64,000 nt of DNA from an uncultured delta proteobacterium (lineage in GTDB: Bacteria > Myxococcota_A > Polyangia > Haliangiales > Haliangiaceae). Position 1 is the first letter of the stretch. Every line of letters begins with the position of its first letter. The stretch covers positions 1,216,001 through 1,280,000 of the forward strand of contig CAWKDB010000010.1 of NCBI GenBank assembly GCA_963848295.1, read 5' to 3'. Positions 31,310 through 43,245 of this stretch are shown one piece after another. A program made the position numbers and the translations under genes. The notes below the pieces were generated by a model that ran no database searches, had not been told where the DNA came from, and saw only the letters and a list, made by a program, of their open reading frames with translations.

Positions 31310-31480
31310 TAGTAGCCTCCCTAAGAGAATCTTTCGGCGGGGGAGTCATCGCCCATTCCTTTGGCAAACGCAAGCCGAAGACATCTTTCGTTTTGTCCAG
31401 AAAACGGCAAAGGATCGGCCCCGAGGCCGATCGATCAATCGGCTGTCCGGCGAAGCAAGGACGGCCGACTCCTTAGGCCG

Positions 31481-31503
31481 AGGGCCCCCGTTCACGGGGC
31501 CCT
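31481..31503 (-). terminator. GC-rich hairpin downstream of recA
   Basis: AGGGCCCCCGTTCACGGGGCCCT; no U-tract, so terminator function is uncertain. Confidence 0.4.
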
Positions 31504-31554
31504 GAGAACCGACCCTCGCGTCGCAGCCAGACGCGTCACATCTGTGACGCCAAA

Positions 31555-32775
<1,221 letters not shown>

Positions 32776-32790
32776 TGCGCGATCTTCCTT

Positions 32791-33447
32791 TTACTGGCCG
32801 TGTCCGCGTGGCCAGCCGTCATCGGTTTCGTCCGCCGTTTCTAGCGCTCCCGTCTGACGCTCGAACGTCGTTTCGGGGGCCAAAGACGCCCTCTTGAACG
32901 GAATTCGCGCGATCTCTCGATAGACTGAACCTGATGATTTCGTGTCGCTTTCGAACAGAGTGATCGCATCGACGCGGGTATCACCGAACATTTGTTCAGA
33001 CATGGGTAACACGACGTCTTTCAGAGCGCGAGTTTCGCGCAGCCGACCTAGCGTCACGTGGGGGTGAAACGGCCGCGAGTCCGCTGCGAATCCCAAGGCC
33101 GCCGTCGCGCTGTCGATGCGCGCGGCGAGCGCGGTCAGCGCCGCCGGATCTGCCACGCCGGCCCACAAGATGTTTGCCCGATCGAACGACTCGAACGCGC
33201 CGAGCCGTGCGACCGAGAGCTTCCACCCGGTCACGCCGATCGCCGCGGCGGTCAGCGCATCCTCGACCGAGCGCACGGCGTCGTCGCGGGTGAAGCCGAG
33301 AAACTTCAGCGTGACGTGATAGTTCACCGGCGCGACCCACTTGATCGCGAGCCCGGCATCTTTGCTGCGGCGCGCGAGCGTCTCGGCGCACCCGGCGAGC
33401 GCGTTCGCGGTCGCGACCGAAACTCTGATCCCCACGAAGAGTCTCAT
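32791..33447 (-). CDS. thpR: RNA 2',3'-cyclic phosphodiesterase (2H family)
   Basis: MRLFVGI start; two HxT motifs ([18 protein letters not shown]); lies between cinA and recA. Confidence 0.9.
   Translation of the reverse strand: MRLFVGIRVSVATANALAGCAETLARRSKDAGLAIKWVAPVNYHVTLKFLGFTRDDAVRSVEDALTAAAIGVTGWKLSVARLGAFESFDRANILWAGVADPAALTALAARIDSATAALGFAADSRPFHPHVTLGRLRETRALKDVVLPMSEQMFGDTRVDAITLFESDTKSSGSVYREIARIPFKRASLAPETTFERQTGALETADETDDGWPRGHGQ
32984..32999. promoter_or_regulatory. Putative LexA (SOS) box embedded in thpR, upstream of recA
   Basis: CCGAACATTTGTTCAG palindrome (GAAC-N4-GTTC). Confidence 0.7.
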
Positions 33448-34751
33448 GTCGCGTCCTGCAACGCGTCGGAGACGATCTTCAACGCCCACCAGCAGGCCAG
33501 CGTCCGCACTTCATCTCGGGCACGCGGCCAGTTGATCCGCTTCACCGTCAGCCCGTCCTCGGTTGCGACCGCGATCCACACCGTGCCGACCGGCTTGTCC
33601 GGTGTGCCACCGTCGGGCCCGGCGATGCCCGTGATCGCGACCGCGAGGTCGGTGCCGAACCGCTCGCGCGCACCGGTCGCCATCTCGCGCACCGTCTCCT
33701 CGCTGACCGCGCCGTGGGTTGCGAGCGTGCGGCCGTCGACGCCGAGCTGACGCACCTTCTCGCGGTTCGAGTAGACGATCGCGCCGCCCATGAACACCGC
33801 CGACATCCCGGGCGTTCGGGTCAGCATCTCGCCGAGCATGCCGCCGGTGCACGACTCGGCGACCGCGATCGTCTTGCCCGCGGCGATCAGCCGCTGCGCG
33901 ACGACCTCCGGCAGCGTCTGCTCGCCGGTGCCGTAGACCAGGCCGGCGAGTCGTTCGCGCGCGCTCGCATCGAGCCCGGCGAGCCGCGCATCGGCGACCG
34001 CTCGATCGCGATCGCGGACGACGAGCTTGACCAGCGTCTCGGGGAACTTCACCTGATAGTGGATCGTCGCACCGGAGGCGCCCCCGACGGTCGGGGCTTG
34101 CCCCCGGCCGGCCGCGCCGCCGGAGGGCGGCGCGGTTTGATCGATGAGGCCGGCGCACGCCTGCGCGATCTGCGACTCGCCCCGGCCGAACACTCTATAG
34201 ATCCGGCGCGCGACCCGCTCGACGTCACCGCCGGCCTCGCGCAGCTCGCGCAGCCGAGCGCCGAGCGCGCCGTCCCAGATCCCGTAGATCTCGCGAGGGA
34301 TGCCCGGCAGGCAGATCACCGGCACGCCGCGCAGCGCGAGCTCGAAGCACGGGGCGAGCCCGACGGGGTTGCCGTGGACCCGCGCTCCGGCCGGGACCCG
34401 GACCTGGCGCAGCTGGATCGGCGTGACGGCCACTCGACCCGCAAACCACGCCTCCATCCGAGCGCGTGAACCGTCGTCGATCACCGGCTCGACCCCCGCG
34501 AGCCGTGCCACGACGTCGACGGTGAGATCATCCTCGGTAGGCCCGAGGCCCCCCGAGCACACCACCAAGTCAGCACGCCCCACCGCGGTGGCCAGCGCAG
34601 CGGTCATATCGTCGGCGCTATCACCACAGCTGGTCATCCAGCGGGTGGTAATATCGAGATCCCACAGCCGCGCGGCTAGGTACGACGAATTCGTGTCCAC
34701 GATCTCGCCGCGGCACAGCTCGTCCCCGATCGTCAAGATCTCGGCGCGCAT
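33444..34751 (-). CDS. cinA: Competence/damage-inducible protein CinA (MCF domain + PncC NMN deamidase)
   Basis: [43 protein letters not shown]...PVGTV. Confidence 0.95.
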   Translation of the reverse strand: MRAEILTIGDELCRGEIVDTNSSYLAARLWDLDITTRWMTSCGDSADDMTAALATAVGRADLVVCSGGLGPTEDDLTVDVVARLAGVEPVIDDGSRARMEAWFAGRVAVTPIQLRQVRVPAGARVHGNPVGLAPCFELALRGVPVICLPGIPREIYGIWDGALGARLRELREAGGDVERVARRIYRVFGRGESQIAQACAGLIDQTAPPSGGAAGRGQAPTVGGASGATIHYQVKFPETLVKLVVRDRDRAVADARLAGLDASARERLAGLVYGTGEQTLPEVVAQRLIAAGKTIAVAESCTGGMLGEMLTRTPGMSAVFMGGAIVYSNREKVRQLGVDGRTLATHGAVSEETVREMATGARERFGTDLAVAITGIAGPDGGTPDKPVGTVWIAVATEDGLTVKRINWPRARDEVRTLACWWALKIVSDALQDAT

Positions 34752-34785
34752 CGCGCGGACTCTACCCGGAACACCTGCCGTTCGG

Positions 34786-34815
34786 TTGACGCAGGCGCGA
34801 CGCGTTGCCTATCAT
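34786..34815 (+). promoter_or_regulatory. Possible sigma70 promoter for the PP2C operon
   Basis: TTGACG-N18-TATCAT upstream of ATG 34848. Confidence 0.45.
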
Positions 34816-34847
34816 TTCGTTCTGCGCGGGGGACTCGCGCGCTGGCC

Positions 34848-35615
34848 ATGAAGATCCGCTACGCCGCTAAGACTGACGTCGGAATGAAGCGGACGCACAA
34901 CGAGGATTATTTCTCGTTGATCGAAGACGAGCAGCTATTCCTCGTCGCCGATGGCATGGGCGGTCATGCGTCCGGCGAAGTCGCCTCGAAGATGGCGGCC
35001 GAAACGATCGGCGAGTTCTATCAGCGGACGCGCGAGGACGAAGACGCGACCTGGCCGTACAAGATGGATCGCTCGCTGTCGTACATCGAGAACCGCCTGG
35101 TGTGCGCGGTGAAGCTCGCGAACCTGAGGATCTTCGAGACCTCGAACCGCGACCTTCGCTACAAGGGGATGGGCACGACGATCGTGAGCACGCTGGTCAG
35201 CGGCGATAAGATCTACGTCGGCCACGTCGGCGATTCGCGCGTCTATCGCGTGCGCGACACCGAGATCACGCAGCTGACGCGCGACCACTCACTGCTCGAA
35301 GATTACAAAGAAGCGAAGCCGGACATGACGGAAGAGGAAGAGCGCAACTTCCCTCACAAGAACGTCATCACGCGCGCGCTCGGCATGCGCGAGACCGTGC
35401 AAGTCGATATTCGCAGCCATCAGATCAAGAGCGGCGACGTCTACATCCTGTGCTCGGACGGCCTGTCCGGCATGGTGGTCGACGAGCAGATCGCGCAGAT
35501 CGCGTCGGGCGCGAAGAGCCTCGAGCGCGCGGTCGCCGAGCTCGTCGACGCGGCGAACCGCAACGGCGGCACCGACAACGTGACGACGCTGCTCCTGCAG
35601 TGTCTCGCCGCGTGA
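34848..35615 (+). CDS. Stp1/IreP family PP2C Ser/Thr phosphatase
   Basis: [37 protein letters not shown]. Confidence 0.95.
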   Translation: MKIRYAAKTDVGMKRTHNEDYFSLIEDEQLFLVADGMGGHASGEVASKMAAETIGEFYQRTREDEDATWPYKMDRSLSYIENRLVCAVKLANLRIFETSNRDLRYKGMGTTIVSTLVSGDKIYVGHVGDSRVYRVRDTEITQLTRDHSLLEDYKEAKPDMTEEEERNFPHKNVITRALGMRETVQVDIRSHQIKSGDVYILCSDGLSGMVVDEQIAQIASGAKSLERAVAELVDAANRNGGTDNVTTLLLQCLAA

Positions 35616-36103
35616 AATACCGCGTCGAGAGCGGCAAGCTCACGGTCACCGCGAAGTCCGCAGTGCACGACACGACCACGGTGTGGAGCAAGGTCGGCGG
35701 CGACGTCGATGCTGATCCCGATCATCTCGACACGGCGAGCGCGAGCTTCTCGGTCGACATGACCGCGTGCGACGCCGGCGACTGGCTCAAGAACCGCAAG
35801 CTCAGGAGCGACTTCCAGCTCGCGGATCATCCGACTGCAACGTTCCGGCTCGATCGCGTGTCCGAGATCGTACGCGATGGCCAGGCCTTCACCGCAACGG
35901 CGCGCGGCACCTTGAGCTGGCGCGGCAAACAAGTCGGGCTCGAGCTCGCCGGCAAGGGTACGCTCGATGCGATGAGGCTCGAAGCGAGCGCGACGTTCCA
36001 CCTCGACATCCGCACGCTCGGGCTGTCGGCGCCGCGGTTCTTGATGATCAAGATGTCGGACGAGGTGACGGTCGCGGTCGAGATCAGAGGACGGGCGGCG
36101 TGA
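35612..36103 (+). CDS. YceI family protein
   Basis: GTGA overlap with upstream stop; beta-rich sequence with [17 protein letters not shown] and GTLSWRG motifs. Confidence 0.7.
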   Translation: MKYRVESGKLTVTAKSAVHDTTTVWSKVGGDVDADPDHLDTASASFSVDMTACDAGDWLKNRKLRSDFQLADHPTATFRLDRVSEIVRDGQAFTATARGTLSWRGKQVGLELAGKGTLDAMRLEASATFHLDIRTLGLSAPRFLMIKMSDEVTVAVEIRGRAA

Positions 36104-36591
36104 AGGGATTGCTCGTGATCCAGATCGGGCTCGGGCTCGGGCTCGGGGGATGCAGCGGGCGCGAAGCGGAGGTGTCGTCGATCGGCCGCTTTCATTTCGG
36201 CGACAACCGCACCACGCTCGCCGACGCACGCGAAGGTCACTGCGAGCCGACCGATGTCAACGGCCGCAAGGTCACGTGGTGCTACGAGCTGACCCCGTAC
36301 AAGGTCGCGCATCGCATCGCCGAGGTCGACGCGTACTTCCTCGGCACCGAACCGACCGCGCCGCTGATCGAGCTGCAATTCAAGGTCCGCGGCTGCATCG
36401 AGAACGACGTCGAGAATTGGCTGCGCTCGGTGCTCGGCAACCCGGTCGAGACGCTCGCGACCCGAACCGATTGGCAGAACTCGTTCTTGTTCGCCGCGGC
36501 GTACCTGCCGTCGGAACCGGGCCGCTGCTTGATCCGGTTCCTGCCGACCTCCGAGCAAGCCGACATCGCGCGAATCAAGGCGACGAAATGA
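36100..36591 (+). CDS. Hypothetical lipoprotein
   Basis: GTGA coupling; LGGC lipobox; coding-like codon bias. Confidence 0.6.
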   Translation: MKGLLVIQIGLGLGLGGCSGREAEVSSIGRFHFGDNRTTLADAREGHCEPTDVNGRKVTWCYELTPYKVAHRIAEVDAYFLGTEPTAPLIELQFKVRGCIENDVENWLRSVLGNPVETLATRTDWQNSFLFAAAYLPSEPGRCLIRFLPTSEQADIARIKATK

Positions 36592-36598
36592 ACGCCGA

Positions 36599-37099
36599 CT
36601 ACGCTCCGCGCTTGCCGTCCCGCGGGCACGCGCCGTCGGCTTGCCCGGCCGCTTTCGGGCAGAGACCGTAGAGCTCGTGGCGATGGCGCAGCACGGTGAA
36701 GCCGCCGAGCTTCGCGGCGATACGATCTTGCAGGCGCTCGATCTCGTCGTCCTCGAACTCGAGGATCAAGCCGCACTTCACGCAGATCAGGTGATCGTGA
36801 TGATCGCCGACGACTTCGTAGCGCGCTTGGCCGTCGCCGAACTGGCGTTCCACGGCGAGGCCGCTGTCGACCAGCAGCTTCAACGTGCGATAGACCGTCG
36901 CATAGCCGACCTTCGGTTGGCGTTTGCGCACCTTCGTCAGCAGCTCGTCGATCGAGACGTGATCGCGCGTGCGCAGGAACTGTTCGACGATCGCTTCGCG
37001 TTGCGCGGTGACGTTCAGACGGTGGTCTGCGATGTAGCTCCGCCACCGATCCTTGAGCTCCCCGGTATCGGGAGGCCTGAAGTCCGAACGCTCCGGCAT
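36599..37099 (-). CDS. fur: Fur family transcriptional repressor
   Basis: [41 protein letters not shown]. Confidence 0.9.
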   Translation of the reverse strand: MPERSDFRPPDTGELKDRWRSYIADHRLNVTAQREAIVEQFLRTRDHVSIDELLTKVRKRQPKVGYATVYRTLKLLVDSGLAVERQFGDGQARYEVVGDHHDHLICVKCGLILEFEDDEIERLQDRIAAKLGGFTVLRHRHELYGLCPKAAGQADGACPRDGKRGA

Positions 37100-37184
37100 G
37101 GTTTCAGCTTCCCCGCAACCAGGCGTGACGTCAAGCGAACTCGGAGGGGTGACTTTTCAGTTCGTGTTCGCTATGGTTCGGCGC

Positions 37185-37445
37185 GTGACGGCCGGAAGCG
37201 ACGGCGAGCTCGGGTTCGACGCGGTGTTGACGCGTCTCCGCGAGGTCGTCAGTCGACTCGAATCGGGGGATCTCACGCTCGAGCAATCACTCGCGATTTA
37301 CGAAGAAGGCGTTCAGCTCGCGCGCCGCGGCCATCACCTGCTCGCGACCGCGGAGCACAAGGTCGAGCTGTTGGTCAGCGCAGCGGGCGGGGTCGAGACC
37401 GTGCCGTTCGATCCGGGGAAGCCGGTCCGATCGAGCGAGTCGTGA
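37185..37445 (+). CDS. xseB: Exodeoxyribonuclease VII small subunit
   Basis: F...L..L...[21 protein letters not shown]......L..AE.KV; precedes a polyprenyl synthetase. Start 37173 or 37185. Confidence 0.9.
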   Translation: MTAGSDGELGFDAVLTRLREVVSRLESGDLTLEQSLAIYEEGVQLARRGHHLLATAEHKVELLVSAAGGVETVPFDPGKPVRSSES

Positions 37446-38281
37446 CCGCGGCACGTCCCGCGACGCTCTCACCGTCGAGTGCGCCACCGGAGCTCGCGCA
37501 GTTTCTCGACGAGGCGCGCCGCGTGATCGATCGCGAGCTCGATCGCAGGCTCGCGCCACCCGAGCGCGATCCCGGCCGGCTCGCCGCCGCGATGCACTAT
37601 GCCGCGACGGGCCCCGGCAAGCGCTTGCGCCCGGCCCTCGTGCTCGCCGCCGCCGAGGCGTGCGGTGGATCGCGTGGCTCGGCCCTGCCGGCGGCGTGCG
37701 CACTCGAGATGCTGCACGCGTACACGCTGGTCCACGACGATCTGCCGGCGATGGACGACGATGACGAGCGCCGCGGCCGACCGACGGTGCACATCGCGTT
37801 CGGTGAGGCGATCGCGATCCTCGCGGGCGATGGCCTGTTGACCGCCGCGTTCGGCGCGCTCGCCGAGCTCGGGCCGCGCGCAGCCGACGCCGTCGCAGTC
37901 CTCGCGCGCCGCGCCGGGGTCAGCGAGCTGCTCGCCGGCCAAGCGATCGATCTGACCGAAGCGCCGCGCGGACTCGCCGCGATCGAGCAGCTGCATGCCG
38001 CGAAGACCGGGGCGTTGTTCGCCGCCGCCGGCGAGCTCGGAGCGATCGCGGCCGGGGCGCCCGCCGACGTGCGCGACGCCCTCGCTCGCTACGGGCTGGC
38101 GATCGGGATCGCGTTCCAGCACGCCGACGATCGCGACGATGAGGAGCAGGTCGACCACGCCGCCGCCGCAGCGGTCCGGATGCGCGAGCTGTGCAGCGAA
38201 GCACGCGCGATCGCTCGCAACCTCGGAGCGCGAGGTGCGACGCTGGACGCGATCGCCGCCTGGATCGAATCACGGGCCTAA
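37442..38281 (+). CDS. ispA: Polyprenyl (farnesyl/geranylgeranyl) diphosphate synthase
   Basis: [45 protein letters not shown]. Confidence 0.85.
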   Translation: MTAARPATLSPSSAPPELAQFLDEARRVIDRELDRRLAPPERDPGRLAAAMHYAATGPGKRLRPALVLAAAEACGGSRGSALPAACALEMLHAYTLVHDDLPAMDDDDERRGRPTVHIAFGEAIAILAGDGLLTAAFGALAELGPRAADAVAVLARRAGVSELLAGQAIDLTEAPRGLAAIEQLHAAKTGALFAAAGELGAIAAGAPADVRDALARYGLAIGIAFQHADDRDDEEQVDHAAAAAVRMRELCSEARAIARNLGARGATLDAIAAWIESRA

Positions 38282-38322
38282 CCGTCGTTGACTGAGACCT
38301 CGATGGATCCGTACGATGGGGT

Positions 38323-39222
38323 GTGGCGGACCAGTGGGACGAGGATACCTCGGCGACGGAGCCGTCCGAGCTCGAGGCGAAATCGTCGCAGCGCAATCGC
38401 GCGGTGCTGACCGTGTTGACCGGGACCTCGTCAGGCCAATCGTTTCGGCTGCCGCGCACCGGAAGCGCGATCCTCGGCCGCGCGCCGGGCGCCGAGCTCC
38501 GGCTCGAAGACGATGGCATCTCGCGCAACCACGCACGCGTGCGCGCCGAAGGCGGCAAGGCCTGGATCGACGATCTCGCGAGCCGCAACGGCACGTTCGT
38601 CAACGGCGCGAAGATCACGAGCGCGCTCGAGCTCGCCGATGGCGACAAGATCCAGATCGGACGGCTGACCGTCGTCCGCTACGGCATGCAGGACGCGCTC
38701 GACGAGAGCTTCCACGAGAATCTGCTGTCGTCGGCGCTGCGCGACGGTCTGACGAAGTTATTCAACAAGCGCTATCTGATGGACCGGCTCGATAGCGAGC
38801 TCAAGTTCGCGAAGCGCCACGAGACGTCGCTGTCGCTGCTCATGCTCGATCTCGACCACTTCAAGAAGATCAACGATACGCGCGGTCACCTCGCGGGCGA
38901 TGCGGTGCTCGCCCAGCTCGCCGGCGTGCTGTCGCGAGCGGTGCGCAACGAGGATGTCGTCGCGCGGTTCGGCGGCGAGGAGATCGCGATCATCTTGCGC
39001 GCGATCGGGCTCGAGCCAGCGCTCCACATGGCCGAGCGCCTGCGCCGCACGGTCGAGCAGACGGTGATTCCGTTCAACGGCGACGACCTCCGCGCGACGG
39101 TCTCGATCGGCGTCGCGGGTTTCCCGTCGACCCCAGCGGCGACGCCGGAGAACCTCGTCGAGGCCGCCGACCAGGCCTTGTATCGGGCCAAGCACGCGGG
39201 CAGAAACCGGGTAGCTCGGTAG
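38323..39222 (+). CDS. FHA-domain diguanylate cyclase
   Basis: FHA motifs (LGR, ISRNHA, SRNGTFVNG); GGEEI active site preceded by RNED (RxxD I-site). Confidence 0.92.
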   Translation: MADQWDEDTSATEPSELEAKSSQRNRAVLTVLTGTSSGQSFRLPRTGSAILGRAPGAELRLEDDGISRNHARVRAEGGKAWIDDLASRNGTFVNGAKITSALELADGDKIQIGRLTVVRYGMQDALDESFHENLLSSALRDGLTKLFNKRYLMDRLDSELKFAKRHETSLSLLMLDLDHFKKINDTRGHLAGDAVLAQLAGVLSRAVRNEDVVARFGGEEIAIILRAIGLEPALHMAERLRRTVEQTVIPFNGDDLRATVSIGVAGFPSTPAATPENLVEAADQALYRAKHAGRNRVAR

Positions 39223-39263
39223 GGAATTTTGCCGTCGGTGACCGGCGTTGCTACGGTCGAGCT

Positions 39264-41639
39264 ATGCGCCGATTGCTCCTGGCCTTCGCACTCACCGCTT
39301 GTAACGGCGCCTGCTCGGGCGACGCGCATCGCCACGTCGTAGCGCCGCACGCGCCGGTCGTGGCCGACGCACGGACCGGCCATGGCGACGGCGGAGTCGC
39401 CGGCGCGCTGTCGGAGGCGACCGTCGCATCGTACTGGGTGAGCGACGACGAGAAGGCCGCCGCGGCGGCGTTCGCGCTCCACAGCTGGCAGGCCGCGCGC
39501 GACGGGTTCGAGAAGGCGCGCACATCGGCGACCGATCCGGCGCGGATCGCGCGGCTCGAGTTGCTGATCGGCTTGTGCGCCGCCGCGCTCGACGATCACG
39601 AAGCCGCCGCGCAACACCTGGTCGCCGCCGACGCGGCGCTGCCCGAGCTCGCCGACTACATCGGCTATCACCTCGCCCGCTCGTTGTGGCTCGCGCATCA
39701 CGACGACGCCGCGCTCGAGCGCGCGCAGAAGATCGCGAAGGCCTCGATCGTCGGGCCCGATGCCGAGATCCTCGTCGGCGATCTGCTCGCCGACAAGGCC
39801 GACTGGGCCGGGCTCGCGACCCACTTCGCGGACTACTTGTCCCGTCACCCCGACGGGCCGTTTCGATCCGAAGCGCGCTACCAACGCGCCGATGCGCTGC
39901 TCCACACCGGCGGCGACGATGCGGAGGCGACCAAGCTGCTGCGCGCGATCGTGATCGACGACCCGCTGTCGTCGTGGGCGGAAAAGGCGCAGGCCAAGCT
40001 CGGCAAGACCGAGGTGTTCACCGCGACCGAGCAACTCACGCGCGCGAAGGTGCTGTTCGACGGCATGCGCAATCCGCTGTCGGAGAAGGCGTTCGCCGAC
40101 GTGCTCGCCGCCCCCGATGTCACGCCGGCGCAGCGATGCGAAGCGGCCTACAACCGAGCGCAGTCGCGGTTCAAGGCGCGCGATCGCAAGGGCGCCGCGC
40201 CGATGTTCGACGACGCGGCGGTCGCGTGTCACGCCGCGGCCAACACCGACCTCGAGGTCAAGAGCAACTACCAGGCGGGCCGGTCGTACTCGTTCATCGG
40301 CCAGCACGAGACCGCGATCGAGCGCTACAAGCTCGCCGAGACGATCGATCCGAAGCACAGCTACGCCGACGACGCGACGTTGCGCGAGGCCGAAGAGTGG
40401 GGCGTGCTCGACGACGACAAACAGGTCGAGGCGCTGCTCAGCACGTTGCCGACGAAGTTCCCCAACGGCGACAACAACGAAGAGGCGATGTGGCGACTCG
40501 GCTTCCGCGCGTGGCGGGCGCAGCACTACGACGACGCGATCAAGTGGTGGACCGAGCAGCTGCGGATCGTCGGACGCGACGATAGCTACAACGGCACGTT
40601 CGGGGACTTCGCGTCGGGCGAGGCCCAGTACTGGCTCGGCCGCGCCTATGCCGCGAAGGGCGACAGCGCGAAGGCCATCGACGCCTGGAAGACCACCGTG
40701 CGCACCGCGCCCGCGGCCTACTATTCGCTGCAAGCACTGAACCGGTTGCGCGAAACATCACCGAAAGACTTCGACGCGATCGTCGCGGAGATCTCGGCGG
40801 ACCCCGCCGGCTTCGATCCGAAAGCGCCGGCGTTCGTGTTCAAGCCGCGCCCCGAGTGGACGACGCCGGGCTTCGCGCGCGCGATGGAGCTGCTGCGCCT
40901 GGGCCTCGGCGATCCGGCGGCGCAAGAGCTCAAGAAGCTCGGGCTCGCCGCGCCCGGCGACCGCAAGCGCGTCGACGACCCCGACAAGATCGACAAGCTG
41001 TGGGCGATGGCGTTCCTGTACGACCGCGCCGGGCGCTACGCGACCTCGCACTGGCCGACGCGCTGGCACATCCTCGACTACCGCAAGCAATGGCCGGTCG
41101 GAGCCGACCGCGCGCGCTGGCAGATCGCCTACCCGCTCGCGTATCAAGAGCTGCTCGCGCGCCACGCGAAGCTCAACAACGTGCCGTTCGCGATGCAGAT
41201 CGGCATCGTGCGCGAAGAGAGCGCGTTCGATCCGCTCGACGAGAGCTACGCGAACGCGATCGGGCTCACCCAGATGATCCCGTCGACCGCGCACGACTTC
41301 TCGAAGGGCACCGGCATCGACCCGACGCGCGAGAACCTGCGCGACCCCGAAAAGAACGTGACCATCGGCTCGCGCTTCCTCGGCTCGCTGTTCAAGGACT
41401 GGAACAACTTCGTCCTGCTCGTGCCCACCTCGTACAACGCCGGACCCGGCTACGTCCGCCGAAATCTACGAGCGCGCGGCACGTGGGATAGCGACGAGTT
41501 CGTCGAGGGCATCATGGACGACCAAGCGCGCGGCTACACCAAGCGCGTGCTCGGCACCTTCTTCACGTACACCTGGCTGTACCAACACGAAGTGCCCGTC
41601 GTGCCGCTGACGATCCCCAAAGACCTGATTCCGAAGTGA
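39264..41639 (+). CDS. Soluble lytic transglycosylase (Slt) lipoprotein with TPR superhelix
   Basis: Lipobox LTAC; TPR-like region; C-terminal IVREESAF, AIGLTQM and SYNAGPG motifs. Confidence 0.9.
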   Translation: MRRLLLAFALTACNGACSGDAHRHVVAPHAPVVADARTGHGDGGVAGALSEATVASYWVSDDEKAAAAAFALHSWQAARDGFEKARTSATDPARIARLELLIGLCAAALDDHEAAAQHLVAADAALPELADYIGYHLARSLWLAHHDDAALERAQKIAKASIVGPDAEILVGDLLADKADWAGLATHFADYLSRHPDGPFRSEARYQRADALLHTGGDDAEATKLLRAIVIDDPLSSWAEKAQAKLGKTEVFTATEQLTRAKVLFDGMRNPLSEKAFADVLAAPDVTPAQRCEAAYNRAQSRFKARDRKGAAPMFDDAAVACHAAANTDLEVKSNYQAGRSYSFIGQHETAIERYKLAETIDPKHSYADDATLREAEEWGVLDDDKQVEALLSTLPTKFPNGDNNEEAMWRLGFRAWRAQHYDDAIKWWTEQLRIVGRDDSYNGTFGDFASGEAQYWLGRAYAAKGDSAKAIDAWKTTVRTAPAAYYSLQALNRLRETSPKDFDAIVAEISADPAGFDPKAPAFVFKPRPEWTTPGFARAMELLRLGLGDPAAQELKKLGLAAPGDRKRVDDPDKIDKLWAMAFLYDRAGRYATSHWPTRWHILDYRKQWPVGADRARWQIAYPLAYQELLARHAKLNNVPFAMQIGIVREESAFDPLDESYANAIGLTQMIPSTAHDFSKGTGIDPTRENLRDPEKNVTIGSRFLGSLFKDWNNFVLLVPTSYNAGPGYVRRNLRARGTWDSDEFVEGIMDDQARGYTKRVLGTFFTYTWLYQHEVPVVPLTIPKDLIPK

Positions 41640-41640
41640 G

Positions 41641-42402
41641 CTACTTCGGCGGCATGCGCAGCGCGCCATCGAGCCGGATCGTCTCGCCGTTCAAGTAGCC
41701 GTTCGCGACGATCGCGGCCACGAGCTCGCCGTAGTCGTCGGGCGAGCCGAGCCGTTTCGGGAACACGACATCGGACGCGAGCGCCGCGCGCTTGTCTTCC
41801 GGCAACGCGCCCAGCATCGGCGTGTCGAAGATACCGGGCGCGATCGTCACGACGCGAATGCCGACCGGCGCCAGGTCGCGCGCCGCCGGCAACGTCATGC
41901 CCGCGACCCCGGCTTTCGAGGCGGCGTACGCGATCTGGCCGATCTGACCGTCGAACGCCGCGACCGATGCGGTGTTGACGATCACGCCGCGCTCGCCGTG
42001 GTCGAGCGGTGCGGTCTGCGCGATCGCCGCCGCCGCGAGCCGCAGCACGTTGAACGTCCCGATCAGGTTGACGCCGATCACCGTCCGAAATAGCTCCAGG
42101 TCGTGCGGCTTGCCGGTCTTGTCGAGCGTGCGCGCGGCCCAGCCGACTCCGGCGCACGACACCACGACGCGCAACGGACCCATGGCCGTCGCCGCGGCGA
42201 GGGCGCGCCCGACTTGCTCGGCGTCGGTGACGTCGGTCGTCACGAACGTCGCGGATAGCTCGGCGGCGAGCGCTTGACCGCGGGCTTGGTCTCGGTCCGC
42301 GATCACGACCTTGGCTCCGCCTGCGGTGAGCCGCCGAGCCGTCGCGGCGCCGAGCCCGGAGGCGCCACCCGTGACGAGTGCGATCGTTCCTTGCAGCTTC
42401 AT
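41641..42402 (-). CDS. SDR oxidoreductase, 3-hydroxyacyl-CoA dehydrogenase type-2 like
   Basis: TGGASGLG, NTASVAAFDGQIGQIAYAASK, LNGETIRLDGALRM. Confidence 0.92.
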   Translation of the reverse strand: MKLQGTIALVTGGASGLGAATARRLTAGGAKVVIADRDQARGQALAAELSATFVTTDVTDAEQVGRALAAATAMGPLRVVVSCAGVGWAARTLDKTGKPHDLELFRTVIGVNLIGTFNVLRLAAAAIAQTAPLDHGERGVIVNTASVAAFDGQIGQIAYAASKAGVAGMTLPAARDLAPVGIRVVTIAPGIFDTPMLGALPEDKRAALASDVVFPKRLGSPDDYGELVAAIVANGYLNGETIRLDGALRMPPK

Positions 42403-42417
42403 CCTGCGAACATAGCG

Positions 42418-43245
42418 CTACTGGTCGTCGCACACCGTACCGAGCGATCCGTAGATTCCGAGCTCGCGGTAGATCAGGTAGCGGTTCTCGGCCGGGTCGA
42501 GCACGGTCAGCGGCGTCCGCTTGTCGCCCTTGATCCACAGCGCGCCGTCTTGGCCTTTGACGAGCTTGAGGTCGCCGCCCTTCGTCGCGAAGATCGCGCC
42601 GGCGCTGTCGTCGGCCTCGTTGACGAGCGGCAGCTCCTTCATCGCGCCTTTCGGACCGGCGAACACGCGATAGCCGTTGCCGCCCGCGTCGTCACGCAGC
42701 TGATCGACGAAGTAATAGTTGGCGTCGTCGTCGCGCGCGAGCGTGTGCGGCTGCCGTTGCCAGAACGGCGGATAGAACTTCGCGTGCTTGAGCATCACCT
42801 TCGCTTCGTCGGCCTTGAGCTGGGCCGGCGCGCGCTTGCCGTTGCGCGACGAGCAGTCGACCTCGAGGCTGTTGGACATCTCGACGATCTTCGCGCCGAT
42901 CATCCCGCGCACCCGCGGCGACCATAGGGTCCAGTCGTAATGGGTCGCATCGGAGCCGTAGCCGAACGCGCGTTGCTGATACATCGTCTTGCCGTCGCCG
43001 TAGAACATCCAATCCTGCAGCCCATCGGCGGTCATCGAACCGAGTCGCGGCACCGCGTAGTACATGCCGGTGTCGTCGCGAAACACGTCGAGCTTGTCGA
43101 TCCCATCCTTGATGTCGATCGGCTTGGCTTTCTCGGTCGGTAGGCGCTGCTGCACCGGGATCCGCGGCGTCGGGGGCGCCGGCTTCGGCTCGGCGTGGCC
43201 GACACCACCGAGCGCCAGGACGACCGCGACTACAGATCGTCGCAC
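42418..43245 (-). CDS. Secreted hypothetical protein, paralog A
   Basis: GTG start gives signal peptide MRRSVVAVVLALGGVGHA; homologous to 43230..43997. Confidence 0.7.
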   Translation of the reverse strand: MRRSVVAVVLALGGVGHAEPKPAPPTPRIPVQQRLPTEKAKPIDIKDGIDKLDVFRDDTGMYYAVPRLGSMTADGLQDWMFYGDGKTMYQQRAFGYGSDATHYDWTLWSPRVRGMIGAKIVEMSNSLEVDCSSRNGKRAPAQLKADEAKVMLKHAKFYPPFWQRQPHTLARDDDANYYFVDQLRDDAGGNGYRVFAGPKGAMKELPLVNEADDSAGAIFATKGGDLKLVKGQDGALWIKGDKRTPLTVLDPAENRYLIYRELGIYGSLGTVCDDQ

